From Candidatus Poribacteria bacterium (GTDB lineage: Bacteria > Poribacteria > WGA-4E > PCPOR2b), in NCBI GenBank assembly GCA_965215015.1, contig OZ244042.1, positions 4,000,001-4,064,000 of the forward strand: 64,000 bases of DNA. Reading direction: 5' to 3'. The translations under genes were made by a program, and so were the position numbers. Shown here piece after piece: positions 1 to 10,446 of this stretch (position 1 is its first letter; each line of letters starts with the position of its first letter). Below the pieces are notes generated by a model. That model was not told the origin of the DNA. It searched no databases and saw only the letters and a list, made by a program, of their open reading frames with translations.

Positions 1-53
1 CGGAATTTGGACAGAAGTTTTTGGAATTAATAACAGGGGGAGCAGCCAAGCGG

Positions 54-1238
54 CTAGAACGCTGCCTCGAATAGGTCACACATATCCGTTTCGGTACAAG
101 GGCGCGGATTGAATTTATAGCAATGGTCGAGCATGGCATCCTTTGCTATTTTCGGGATGCGTTCCCACTTCAAACCTGCGATACCCAATCCCTTCGGTAT
201 CGAAAACTCCTCGTTCAATGATCGAATTTCAGCAATAGCAGCATCGGCGGCATTTGCCGTTGACATGGCTGATGTGTCAACGCCCAACGCTGCGGCAATG
301 TCTGCGTAACCATTGACAGCATGAGATAAGTTAAATATCATTACTTCTGGCAGCAGGATTGCGTTGGCAATTCCGTGGGGGATATTGGCTTCCGTTGAAA
401 GCTGATGTGCGAGCGAATGTACGGCACCCAACCCTTTCTGAAAGGAGAATGCTGCCATCGCGGAAGCGATTAGCATTTCGCCTCGCGCTGCAATATCGTT
501 GCCGTGGTGATAGGCTTGACGGATGTTTTTACCGATTATCTTCAAAGCTTGCAGTGCTACTCCTTCTGCGATAGGGTGATACCGTGTCGCTACGTAAGCC
601 TCAACGCCGTGTGTTACAGCGTCCATGCCTGTCGCTGCTGTTAAACCGGGAGGCATACCCACCGTCAATTCCGGATCGAGTAGTGCGAGAGACGCCATAT
701 TATACGGCGTACTAATCGCCCGCTTCCGATGCCCTTCCGTTGTGCGTCCCGACGTATCGGTGATGATTGAACCCTGTGATACCTCGCTGCCGGTCCCCGC
801 GGTCGTCGGTATGCAGATTAGTGCCGGAAGATTGCTGGTAATCCGATCAATGCCTCCCCCGTCAACATAGTAATTTTCTAAAGGTGGTTCGTGGGTTGTC
901 AGAATACGAATTGCCTTGGCGGCATCCATGACGCTCCCACCGCCGATGGCAATCACCAGATCACAACCTTCGGCTTGATGAACGGCTAGCCCTTCGAGGA
1001 CGCTGAGATCCGTCGGGTTCGGTTGGACTGCGTCGAAAATGGCACAATCAATCTGTGCGTTCTCCAACGGTTCAACGGTTTTCGATAAAATGCCAGCGTT
1101 TGTTACCCCTTCGTCTGTGACGATGAGTGGCTTTTTTCCGTCGAAAGTGCGGACATATTCTCCTAAGTTTTTTATTGCCCCTGCACCAAATTGGATCGAT
1201 GGGGGCAAGAAGTAGCTTACGATTGGTTGTTGCGCCAT
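54..1238 (-). CDS. Iron-containing alcohol dehydrogenase
   Basis: GGGSVMD, IPTTAGTGSE, DAVTH, HSLAH and PHG motifs of the Fe-ADH family. Confidence 0.93.
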   Translation of the reverse strand: MAQQPIVSYFLPPSIQFGAGAIKNLGEYVRTFDGKKPLIVTDEGVTNAGILSKTVEPLENAQIDCAIFDAVQPNPTDLSVLEGLAVHQAEGCDLVIAIGGGSVMDAAKAIRILTTHEPPLENYYVDGGGIDRITSNLPALICIPTTAGTGSEVSQGSIITDTSGRTTEGHRKRAISTPYNMASLALLDPELTVGMPPGLTAATGMDAVTHGVEAYVATRYHPIAEGVALQALKIIGKNIRQAYHHGNDIAARGEMLIASAMAAFSFQKGLGAVHSLAHQLSTEANIPHGIANAILLPEVMIFNLSHAVNGYADIAAALGVDTSAMSTANAADAAIAEIRSLNEEFSIPKGLGIAGLKWERIPKIAKDAMLDHCYKFNPRPCTETDMCDLFEAAF

Positions 1239-1322
1239 TTTGTTCTCCGTTTCAGCTAAGATATAAGTACATGACTATGAGTTACTGTAACGCAAGTTGC
1301 TAGATTCTGTTGATATTTGGGT

Positions 1323-1346
1323 GTCGAGATATGAATCTCGGCCTAC
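1323..1346 (-). repeat. REP-like palindrome family 1 (GTAGGTCGAGATTCATATCTCGAC)
   Basis: GTAG plus imperfect palindrome; other copies at 23275-23298, 37745-37768, 39277-39300 and 46061-46084, all intergenic. Confidence 0.8.
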
Positions 1347-1679
1347 AGGCTATCTGCCGGTATTGGACCGAGCGGGAGGTTCGGGCAAGCTGCCCGATCT
1401 ACGGGCCTCTATGATGTTAGGTTTCACTTTACCAATCCTATAAAGGGATATTGTTGAAAAGGGTAGCTTCTTCTATTGTGTTTGATAGGGATCCACTTTT
1501 ACCGTTCAACCCAACTCCCTGCCAAGCTGTCAAATGTCAACATGCCCTAGATAGCCCAGAGGTTGAGTTTCCATGTTCGACACGTACTAAATGGTCCCAC
1601 TCACTCTCTGGATTTTTTCTAATTTGTTGCTGGAGACAGTGCTTCTCGTACCATGTTTATAACGTTCTTCCTTTAATCT

Positions 1680-2765
1680 TTATTCCTTTAAGCTAGAAAT
1701 TGGTATCCAGAGCCCTCCAGTGCCTTGTACCAGCAGCTTTTGAAAAGGTTCATCGCGTCCAATAATGTTGACGCTGATTTTCTGAGATTTTAATCTTCTC
1801 AATACTTTTTTCGGTGAATATGAACCACTTACATATTCATCTGTGACTAATATGAATCGTCGCTCTGCGCCTTTGCGAAATTTTACCTTGGCTGCTGCTT
1901 GGACGAGTGCATCCAATGCCTTTTCTCCACCTCGGCAATGTATGGCGGCCAGTTTCTTTTTAATCTCTTCAATCGAGGTGGTTTGAGGCGTTACCTGAAA
2001 GTCCCAACCCAGCAAGGAAAAACTCGTACCATCTCGAAACGCAACCAATCCAACGGTGAAATCTAAGCCTGCCGTTTTGAGAAGATCCGTCATCTGGTTC
2101 AGATGATTACGCACTGCGTCAATGTCATTCCGCATACTTTTGCTAGCGTCAATAACAAACACGATATCAAGGGTATCACCCTTGCGCGTTTTTAGGAGGT
2201 GATGGCCAATTTTGACAAGTGCCACGTCCGGTTGCGTCAAATGGCTAACCTCAGAAAGTATTGTCTGAGTTTCTAGACCAAGTGAACCCCGCGGCTGAGC
2301 GATCTGATTGCTGCGGATCAATCCGTTACCAGACCACCCCTTCCTCCGCGAGGCACCCCGGTTGGATTGACCGAAGGAAGTATCGTCAACGGAGACTGAT
2401 GCTGTCGCTAGCGGGATGGATTCTTCCGTCAACATTGAAAATAATTGTTCGTTCGGCAGATTATACGATGTGGATGCGGTGATTTCCGGACGAGGCGGGC
2501 TAAGCACTGGATTGCTTGTGATGATTGACTGAGACGGAGGGGCTGAAACATTAGAAGATGGAAAAATATGTAGCGGACGCTGCAATCTTCTGGGCACCTG
2601 TTGTCGAGGCTGTGAGATAAGTTCAACTTGGACAAATAATTCGTCCTTCGCCGGTTGCGACTCCCTCAGAATAGCACTCAACATTACCATGCAAATAATA
2701 TGCAGTATCAGTGAAAATAGAAGGGCTTTCGATAGTTTTCGTCTTCCTTGTGTACGCTGTTTCAT
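1680..2765 (-). CDS. Membrane-anchored VWA-domain protein with a TonB-like N-terminus
   Basis: N-terminal TM helix containing SLILH, Pro/Ser-rich linker, then DIVFVIDASKSM (MIDAS DxSxS), GGEKALDAL and ILVTDE. Confidence 0.85.
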   Translation of the reverse strand: MKQRTQGRRKLSKALLFSLILHIICMVMLSAILRESQPAKDELFVQVELISQPRQQVPRRLQRPLHIFPSSNVSAPPSQSIITSNPVLSPPRPEITASTSYNLPNEQLFSMLTEESIPLATASVSVDDTSFGQSNRGASRRKGWSGNGLIRSNQIAQPRGSLGLETQTILSEVSHLTQPDVALVKIGHHLLKTRKGDTLDIVFVIDASKSMRNDIDAVRNHLNQMTDLLKTAGLDFTVGLVAFRDGTSFSLLGWDFQVTPQTTSIEEIKKKLAAIHCRGGEKALDALVQAAAKVKFRKGAERRFILVTDEYVSGSYSPKKVLRRLKSQKISVNIIGRDEPFQKLLVQGTGGLWIPISSLKE

Positions 2766-2957
2766 CTGATTACACCCTTTTGGCTTCTTAATCCGGCATT
2801 CTCGTCCTCAACTTTACCATGCACCCCACTGCTCCGTCAAGTTCAAAGAAAAACTCTTACAAACTCCTCCCCTTGATCTAGAGCAGAGCGAATTTCTAAC
2901 AATTCAACATATTGAATCTTGAGAGAATGGGAACAATCGAAGGTATCCCACTCTGCC

Positions 2958-4103
2958 TTATGGTCCTTCTTCGTCGAAACGACGCAGGTGTCGGGCAGGA
3001 AATTCTTGATACGGATATTTCGCCAGTGCTGCTTCGTCAAGTGATAGTCCTAACCCGGGGGCAGTGGGTAGCTGGATGTAACCGTTTTCAACTTTAATCG
3101 GGGGCACCGAAATTTCATTCCCACGTTCTGTGAAGTTGACAAAGTATTCGGTGATGAGAAAGTTGGGCATCACCGCGCAGACCTGTACCGTTGCTGCCAA
3201 CCCAACCGTTGTGCTGTTGTAGTTGTGCGGCGACATGATGACAAAATACGGTTCCGCCATCGCTGCAATCTCTTTGAGTTCTAAAATGCCGCCACAGTTA
3301 CAGACATCCGGGTTAAGAATGTCTGCGGCATTCTTGTCGAAAACCTCGCGGAATTCTGCTTTTGTATAGAGTTCTTCACCGGTGACAACTGGCAAATTAA
3401 TAGCGTGGCGGACTTCTGCCAAGGCGTCCAAATTTCGGGCAGAGACGGGCTCCTCGTACCAGAATGGTTGAAATTCTTCCATCATTTTAGCGAGGCGAAT
3501 AGCGTGAATCGGCGCAAGTCGACGATGGATTTCGACTAGTAGGTCAATATCAGGACCGACAGCTTCGCGTACCGCTCGCACACACGCAACAGCTTCACGT
3601 TCATCGGCCCGGCTGATGTGCGTTCTCCATGGATTAGGAAGTGGATCGAACTTCATTGCAGTGAAGCCCTGTTCGACCAATTGTACAGCACGTTCAGCGC
3701 GTTCCTCGATTGTGCTGCCGCCCCAACCGTTGGCGTAGACCCGAATTTTGTCCCGACATGGACCGCCCAATAGGTTATAGACGGGTGTGTTCAGCACCTT
3801 CCCTGCAATGTCCCATAAGGCGTGCTCGATTCCACTGATTGCACAATAGAATTCCATTGACCCACGCTTTCCTGCAAAATCGTGATACGCCATAAAGGTA
3901 AAATGTTTAATGTTGAAAGGGTTCCGTCCGACGAGGTAACGCCCAAGCTGATGCAGATGGATTTCGATGGTGCGGTCACGATCGGCTTGCGTGTAGCATT
4001 CGCCCCAACCGTGGATGCCTTCATCCGTTTCCACCTTGACGAACAGCCAGTTTTTACCGCTACCGGGATGGATGAGGAATGTTTGAACATTTGTGACTTT
4101 CAT
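2958..4103 (-). CDS. Mandelate racemase/muconate lactonizing family enzyme (galactonate dehydratase-like)
   Basis: VKVETDEGIHGWGE, ALWDIAGK, VYANGW, WYEEP, TGEE, PDVCNCGGI, PGLG. Confidence 0.9.
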   Translation of the reverse strand: MKVTNVQTFLIHPGSGKNWLFVKVETDEGIHGWGECYTQADRDRTIEIHLHQLGRYLVGRNPFNIKHFTFMAYHDFAGKRGSMEFYCAISGIEHALWDIAGKVLNTPVYNLLGGPCRDKIRVYANGWGGSTIEERAERAVQLVEQGFTAMKFDPLPNPWRTHISRADEREAVACVRAVREAVGPDIDLLVEIHRRLAPIHAIRLAKMMEEFQPFWYEEPVSARNLDALAEVRHAINLPVVTGEELYTKAEFREVFDKNAADILNPDVCNCGGILELKEIAAMAEPYFVIMSPHNYNSTTVGLAATVQVCAVMPNFLITEYFVNFTERGNEISVPPIKVENGYIQLPTAPGLGLSLDEAALAKYPYQEFPARHLRRFDEEGP

Positions 4104-4218
4104 TTGATTATTTCTCCTTATCGCAAACTAAACAGAGAAGAACCGCAGCCTCCACAACTGATTTAATACTCACAACCATCGATTCGGAGCGGAGAATATG
4201 CCGTGAGTTACCTTTTTA

Positions 4219-6567
4219 TTAATCATTAACCTGTACATTATACGGCATTACCAAAAAGGTCCGGTGCGCCATGATTGCCTCTGCAAGTGTGGGATATCTC
4301 CAACTCGTTGGAGAACGCATCAATTGTGCTGCCTGAAAGGCCCCCAGCCACCGTTCCCATGCCCCCGGCCTTGGCAATCGAATGAGTTGTACCTCTTTTC
4401 GGGCTAGCCCTGCCCTTTTTCGAGCGATTGAGATGGCAAGATTTAATCCGCCGAGCTCATCAACCAGTCCAATCTCCTTTGCCTGTTTACCTGTCCAGAT
4501 TCGCCCCCGCCCAATCTGATCGACTGCTTCCTTTGTCATACCCCGCCCTTCTGCTACCTTGCCGATAAAATCCTCATAAATCTCTTTAATCTGAGCGTGA
4601 ATAATCTCGCGTTCCTCCAGCGGATAATCGCCGTAATCGGTGTAAAAATCGGCGTGTTTCCCGCGTTTGATGATTTCTTTGTGCAGTCCAATTTTATTGT
4701 ACAACCCTTTGAGACTATACTTGCCAGAAACGACGCCGATTGAGCCGGTGATAGTACCGGGCTCGGCAACGATAACATCCGCAGGCGCAGCGATATAGTA
4801 TCCTCCAGATCCAGCAACATCTCCCATAGAAACGATCAACGGCTTAACCTTTTTGAGCCGCATCAGCTCGCGCCAGATTGTGTCTGCAGCGATAACCAAC
4901 CCTCCACCGCTGTCAATTCGTAGCACAACTGCTTTGACCGATGAATCTCTACGGACATTTCGGATGGCGCGAGTGATTGTGGTGGATCCCATCGTTTTTG
5001 TTCCAGTGAACGGATCTGTAAAACTTTCACCCGTCATCATCATGCCTTCTGCTTCGATAACCGCGATCTTCGGCAGAGGAACTTCCCAGTCATGTTCATA
5101 TTCAATGATGTCCAGATATTGACGTGCCTTGACTAAACGGCAGTCTTTCCCGGTGAGGTCTTTGGCGATTCCTTTGAGTTCATCGCGATAGGCAAGTTGA
5201 TCAACGATGCCGTGGGCCAATGCCTGTTTCGCTGTGAATGGACCTTCATCAATCAGGCGTTTCACATCATCTTGTGTCCAGCTCCGTCTATCCGCAATTG
5301 ATTGGGTTAACTGATCATAGAGATCGTCAAGGATTGCGTTTTGCACTTTACGATGCGCCTCTGACATCTCCTTTCGTGTGAAAAGATCTGACGCCGATTT
5401 GTACTCACCGATATGCTCAAGATTCGCCCGGATACCGAGTTTGTCCAGTACCCCTTTGTAAAACGAAATCTCCGAACGCAATCCCACCAAACGTACCTCA
5501 CCAGATGGGTGCAGCACAATCCAATCGCAAACGGATGCGAGTAGATAGTTACCTGTTGAACAGTTTGTCATATAGCCAACAACTTTCTTACCACTCGCCT
5601 TAAAATCCGAGACAGCATCACGAATCTCTTGCAAACGACCGATACTGTAGGGACTCCCCCCAATCTTGATCAGTGCACCTGCGACCTCCCGATCCTGTTT
5701 GGCGATCTTGAGTGTTCTTTCAATCTCATCCATTTGCACGTCTAAGAAGGCGTTGCGACGGATGTGTCGAGTTGTATGAAATGCCTGAGAAAGAGACACA
5801 TATCCCACGCTTCGCTGGTACTCCTGATTTTCGTCGAAATGATTATACATTCCCAGCCCAAACTGCCGGAAATTAATCCCGAAACGGATGTCAAAGCTGG
5901 TATCGTCGTTCAGGCTCCCGCGCAATGTCATCCAACGAAAGGGGTGCACCTCAACCGCAAAATTGAAATCCAATCCCTTCACCTTTTCGACTTTATGGGC
6001 ATCAATTGAAAGGGTTATACGGGATGTACTGGGTCGAATCGCAACCCCGAAGTCGTAGGTTCGCCCTAATTTTCTCTCCCGGAAACGGGGGCGATTGAGG
6101 TCTCGTGCAACGATACCCGCTGAGAGGTATCGCCGACGAAACATTAATCCCAACGACCATGACGTGAGTTTGTCGTAAGCCTCGTCATCAGAATTAACCC
6201 AACTATATCCGGTTCCCCAATAAATCGAGGGTCCGATGCCGCTGCCACTAGAGAGTGTATATCTATTAAAATTGATTCCATCTTCGCCGGTGGCAAACTC
6301 CATACCGAATCCCGCCTTTGCTGCAGAAAAAAAGAAGGCATCATCAACCTCAAAATCGCTTTCAGAGGCGCGTAGATAGTATAGATTGAGGTTCCGCTGC
6401 CTAGCACCTAAACCCGCGGGATTAAAAAAGGTGGCAAGTGCATCATCACTAACAGCAACAGAGTTAGAGGGCAGAGGAGTATTGACTTTAGGTGAATCCG
6501 CAGCAGTAAACTGGCAAGTAATCAGAATCGAAAGGATAGTACAGCAAAACAGGTGTATTTTATTCAA
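4219..6567 (-). CDS. sppA: Signal peptide peptidase SppA (S49) with an N-terminal beta-barrel-like domain
   Basis: Tandem S49 domains (GEYKSA; LRIDSGGG, SMGDVAGSGGY, TGSIGV, GRIWTG); signal peptide; FFNPAGL followed by amphipathic strands. Confidence 0.9.
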   Translation of the reverse strand: MNKIHLFCCTILSILITCQFTAADSPKVNTPLPSNSVAVSDDALATFFNPAGLGARQRNLNLYYLRASESDFEVDDAFFFSAAKAGFGMEFATGEDGINFNRYTLSSGSGIGPSIYWGTGYSWVNSDDEAYDKLTSWSLGLMFRRRYLSAGIVARDLNRPRFRERKLGRTYDFGVAIRPSTSRITLSIDAHKVEKVKGLDFNFAVEVHPFRWMTLRGSLNDDTSFDIRFGINFRQFGLGMYNHFDENQEYQRSVGYVSLSQAFHTTRHIRRNAFLDVQMDEIERTLKIAKQDREVAGALIKIGGSPYSIGRLQEIRDAVSDFKASGKKVVGYMTNCSTGNYLLASVCDWIVLHPSGEVRLVGLRSEISFYKGVLDKLGIRANLEHIGEYKSASDLFTRKEMSEAHRKVQNAILDDLYDQLTQSIADRRSWTQDDVKRLIDEGPFTAKQALAHGIVDQLAYRDELKGIAKDLTGKDCRLVKARQYLDIIEYEHDWEVPLPKIAVIEAEGMMMTGESFTDPFTGTKTMGSTTITRAIRNVRRDSSVKAVVLRIDSGGGLVIAADTIWRELMRLKKVKPLIVSMGDVAGSGGYYIAAPADVIVAEPGTITGSIGVVSGKYSLKGLYNKIGLHKEIIKRGKHADFYTDYGDYPLEEREIIHAQIKEIYEDFIGKVAEGRGMTKEAVDQIGRGRIWTGKQAKEIGLVDELGGLNLAISIARKRAGLARKEVQLIRLPRPGAWERWLGAFQAAQLMRSPTSWRYPTLAEAIMAHRTFLVMPYNVQVND

Positions 6568-6669
6568 ATGAATGTTCCTTGTAATGGATGTGTCCTAACA
6601 CATAATCAACTTCAGCGTTAAAATAGGTGCTAGGTTCGATAAGGTGAAGTTGCAAGCCCCTCCTCTATC

Positions 6670-7446
6670 TCAAGTGTTCCCATGCGCCAGAAATCCGCCA
6701 TCTACTGTCAGGCATGTGCCGTTGACATAATCCCCCATTGGTGAACAGAGAAAAACAACCGCCTGCGCGATGTCGTTTGGCACGCCGATTCGACGACTCG
6801 GAATTGACGCTAGAGCGTCGTCACCGTATCCCCGTTGTGCCCGCTCACCTTCTCGCTCCGGAGGCAACTCGCGGCTATCGATCCAACCCGGCGCAATGGC
6901 ATTCGCCGTGATGCCCGCCCCTGCCAAATCCCGCGCCGCACTCATCATCAAGCGAATAACACCCGCTTTTGCAACGCCGTAGGCGGTATCTTCTTCCCAA
7001 ACCCGAACGGAATGTATGGATGAGATACTGACAATTCGTCCGCCTGACTTTTGATTAATCATCTCTTTTGCGGCGCGTTGGCTGCACAGGAAGTATCCCT
7101 TCAAGCTCACTGCCATCGTGCGATCCCAGACCTCCTCGCTGATTTCCAGAAACGGCATATTTTCCGACCAATACGGATTATTTACCAAGATATCAATCCG
7201 ACCATGTTCAGCGAGAAATTCGTCGAATAGAGCGTTCACCGAATCGGTGTTACTGATGTCGGCAACCGTAAAGGTGCATTTGCGTCCTATTTCGCCGATG
7301 AGTCCAATTGTCAGGTCTGCGGATTCATCGTGTTCAATATCGTTGAGTCCAATATCGCAACCGTTTTGCGCTAACGCGAGGGCGATTCCTCGTCCAATCC
7401 CGCGTCGTGAGCCGGTAATAAGTGCCTTTTTGCCTTCTAGCAGCAT
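6670..7446 (-). CDS. SDR family oxidoreductase
   Basis: TGSRRGIG, YGVAK (YxxxK), NAIAPG, VDGG. Confidence 0.93.
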   Translation of the reverse strand: MLLEGKKALITGSRRGIGRGIALALAQNGCDIGLNDIEHDESADLTIGLIGEIGRKCTFTVADISNTDSVNALFDEFLAEHGRIDILVNNPYWSENMPFLEISEEVWDRTMAVSLKGYFLCSQRAAKEMINQKSGGRIVSISSIHSVRVWEEDTAYGVAKAGVIRLMMSAARDLAGAGITANAIAPGWIDSRELPPEREGERAQRGYGDDALASIPSRRIGVPNDIAQAVVFLCSPMGDYVNGTCLTVDGGFLAHGNT

Positions 7447-7508
7447 ATTGAATTCTCCTATGAATTTATCTTATCTTGCTGACAAGATCCCTTCAAATAC
7501 CCGGAATA

Positions 7509-7824
7509 TCACGCAACTGTATAAGGTAAATTGAACCCCTCCGGACTCTTGCGCAATGTTCCGGGCAAATTGAGCCAGGATTGTAGCACTAAGCCGTTGT
7601 GTGCGTCGGCAAAGGTTGTGTCCAATTCAATCACGCGCTTAAAATGCAGCGGTGCGACAGAAAAATCCCCTTTATAATAAGCTGCCCATCCCTCGCTGTG
7701 TTCTTTTTCGGACAGTTGCGGGGTTAATTTCTGGGTTGTCTGAGCAGCGGCAGACTACCATCAGACAAAGTATCAAAATTAGGTTAATCCAATACTTCAG
7801 TTGAGGGATGCAAAGGTGAGACAT
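7509..7824 (-). pseudogene. Frameshifted, truncated TPR lipoprotein remnant
   Basis: Manual translation: MSHLCIPQLKYWINLILILCLMVVCRCSDNP (signal/lipobox-like), then in another frame EGWAAYYKGDFSVAPLHFKRVIELDTTFADAHNGL (TPR-like); not in the ORF track. Confidence 0.6.
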
Positions 7825-7965
7825 GAAATGTGAAACCGATTTATTCATTTATCGCGGGCATAAACCTTCAATGCCTAGCAACTTGGGTTAGAATAGCATT
7901 CTCCAGATTGATTGTCAATTGCTTTTGCTGCACAAGAACTTGGCGGAGTTATAGTAGGATTTACT

Positions 7966-8127
7966 AGGGTCATTTAATTCTGCCATATTATTGTCTGAAT
8001 CAGGGATGAACACTGATTGACGGATGACACGGATAAAAGACTGTCTGGACAACTGGCATAAGCAGGCACCATGAAAGCGCGCTTACAAACAGGGGGGCAT
8101 GAGCCAAAACCGAAAACTAAATAGCCC
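7966..8127. mobile_element. MITE-like element with AGGGTCATTTA-type ends
   Basis: Ends AGGGTCATTTA and CGAAAACTAAATAGCCC match the element at 43197-43880; carries the TTGTCTGAATC repeat. Confidence 0.55.
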
Positions 8128-8248
8128 GAAGGCTTTACAAATTTCAGTGACAAACATAATAAGATATGCTATCATTGCAGGCAATTTTAATCTCTGAACT
8201 GTTGTGGGTGAGCCTTGCTCACTCAATCTATAGAAAGGTGACGCCTGA

Positions 8249-10381
8249 ATGATTGAACGAGTAAAGAATGACCGTCAAATTTGGTTACAATTCTGCTTTA
8301 TATTTTATTTTGCCATCACCGCTTTCCCACTATTTGCACAAACGTCATTTAACCTTCGTGGTTTTACCCCTGCACACTCAATTGTACAAAAAAAATATGA
8401 AGAGGTATTTAAGCGGCTCACCTCTTCCGAAATATGTCGGCAGGAATTGCGGCGTTTAACGGAAGCCCCGCACCTTGCCGGAACGGAGAACAGTTATAAA
8501 GTCGCACAATATCTCTATAATAAGTATCAGGAATACGGATTGGACGCGCAGATCTATGAATACGAGGTCTATCTTCCATACCCAATCGAAGTTCGTGTGG
8601 AAATGATTTCACCAACTCATTATCTCGCAGTTGGAAAGGAAGAAAGCTGGGAGTGGGATAAGGATTCCTACGAAACGAACATCGTAGCAGGTTATAACGC
8701 CTATTCGCCGGACGGTGATGTGACCGCTGATCTGATTTATGTGAACAGAGGTCTACCTGATGATTATCGGAAACTAGCGGAGATGGGGATTTCCGTCGAA
8801 GGCAAAATCGCTATCGCAAAGTATGGGGGTAGCTATCGAGGGGTTAAAGCGAAGGTTGCAGGGGAACAGGGTGCCGTCGGTCTGATCATCTATTCGGACC
8901 CAGCAGACGATGGATATATGAAGGGCGATGTTTACCCACGCGGCCCTTGGCGGTCGGCGGATGCGATTCAACGAGGGACAGTCAAATATATTTTTCAGCA
9001 CGCCGGCGATCCGCTGACCCCCGGGTGGGCATCAACGAAAGATGCACATCGTATTCCAATTGCAGAGGCTACAGATCTCCCTCAAATTCCTGTTGCCCCA
9101 CTGGCTTACCGAGATGCAGAACCGTTGCTCAAAGCATTAGCAGGACCCAATGTTCCTGAAGGTTGGCAGGGAGGCCTGCCTTTCGCATACCACATCGGTC
9201 CGGGGCCCGCGAAAGTTCACCTTAAGGTCCGCAGTGAGCATAAGAATCGCCCAATTTACAATGTTATCGCCAAGCTAGGGGGGGTAGAAAACCCGGACCA
9301 GTGGGTGATACTTGGTAACCACCACGACGCTTGGGTTTACGGTGCTGCGGATCCAGGTAGCGGCACCGTTAGTCTCTTGGAAGTAGCACGCTGTCTTGGA
9401 CAACTCGCAAAGGAAGGGTATCATCCCAAACGCACCATTGTCTTTGCAAGTTGGGACGCCGAGGAATTCGGCATCCTCGGTTCAGCTGAGTGGGCAGAAG
9501 ATTTAAGAGATGAGCTTCAGCAGAAGGCGATTGCGTACTTGAATGTCGATATTGCAACAACGGGACAGAAGTTTTACGCTAGTGCTGTGCCCTCACTCAA
9601 GCCGCTAGTGAGAGAGGTCACGCAAGCTGTTATAGATCCTCAGACCCATCAAACAATTTATGAGGTATGGCGGCAGAATCAGGAAAACTATGTTCCGTGG
9701 GTTGGCAATCTCGGCAGCGGATCTGACCATTCCCCCTTTATCGGCCATCTTGGGATTCCCTCCATCAGCATGGGATTTTACGGCCCCTATGGTGTCTATC
9801 ATGCCATGCAGGACACCCTCTACTGGATGGAGCGTTTTGGCGATCCAACGTTTCGGTATCACGTGGCGATGGCACAAATCTGGGGAATAATAGCGTTACG
9901 CCTTGCGAATGCAGATATTTTGCCATTTGACTACGCAGCGTACGCTGGCGAACTCCTCAGCTATCTAAAAGCACTACAAAACGAAAATAAACATAGCACT
10001 ATTACAAAGAACAGCCCCGAGCGGCTCCGGGCATTACTCAGGGAGTGGGAAAAAATTGCAGCGGATCTTCACCGTGCCCTTGCGACTCGGCTCGAAAATG
10101 GGGAGCTAGTCGAAACTGCAGCGATTAATCGCAGTTTACAGGGCTTAGAGCAAATATTAACCTCGGCCTCGGGATTGCGGTTGCGCCCGTGGTTTAAGCA
10201 TCTGGCTTATGCGCCCGGGCTCAACAGTGGATATGCTGCAACCATTTTTCCGGGGATTCAGGACGCGCTTGAAATGGACGATGAGGAACAGGCATCAATC
10301 GAAGTAGGGCGTCTGGCGGAGGTATTTCAACAGATGATTGAGGCACTAAAGCAGATTGCTGATGTAAGTGATAACCTGTAA
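8249..10381 (+). CDS. M28B metallopeptidase, glutamate carboxypeptidase II/NAALADase-like (PA + M28 + TFR-dimer domains)
   Basis: GNHHDAW, AADPGSG, WDAEEFG, YLNVD, GSGSDH, YH; PA domain IIYSDPADDG; C-terminal RPWFKH..YAPG. Confidence 0.93.
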   Translation: MIERVKNDRQIWLQFCFIFYFAITAFPLFAQTSFNLRGFTPAHSIVQKKYEEVFKRLTSSEICRQELRRLTEAPHLAGTENSYKVAQYLYNKYQEYGLDAQIYEYEVYLPYPIEVRVEMISPTHYLAVGKEESWEWDKDSYETNIVAGYNAYSPDGDVTADLIYVNRGLPDDYRKLAEMGISVEGKIAIAKYGGSYRGVKAKVAGEQGAVGLIIYSDPADDGYMKGDVYPRGPWRSADAIQRGTVKYIFQHAGDPLTPGWASTKDAHRIPIAEATDLPQIPVAPLAYRDAEPLLKALAGPNVPEGWQGGLPFAYHIGPGPAKVHLKVRSEHKNRPIYNVIAKLGGVENPDQWVILGNHHDAWVYGAADPGSGTVSLLEVARCLGQLAKEGYHPKRTIVFASWDAEEFGILGSAEWAEDLRDELQQKAIAYLNVDIATTGQKFYASAVPSLKPLVREVTQAVIDPQTHQTIYEVWRQNQENYVPWVGNLGSGSDHSPFIGHLGIPSISMGFYGPYGVYHAMQDTLYWMERFGDPTFRYHVAMAQIWGIIALRLANADILPFDYAAYAGELLSYLKALQNENKHSTITKNSPERLRALLREWEKIAADLHRALATRLENGELVETAAINRSLQGLEQILTSASGLRLRPWFKHLAYAPGLNSGYAATIFPGIQDALEMDDEEQASIEVGRLAEVFQQMIEALKQIADVSDNL

Positions 10382-10446
10382 TTTTTAAGCAGGGTTCAAC
10401 CATGTATTGCACAGCTGCAAGCTCAACATCTCTCAGTGATTATTTT

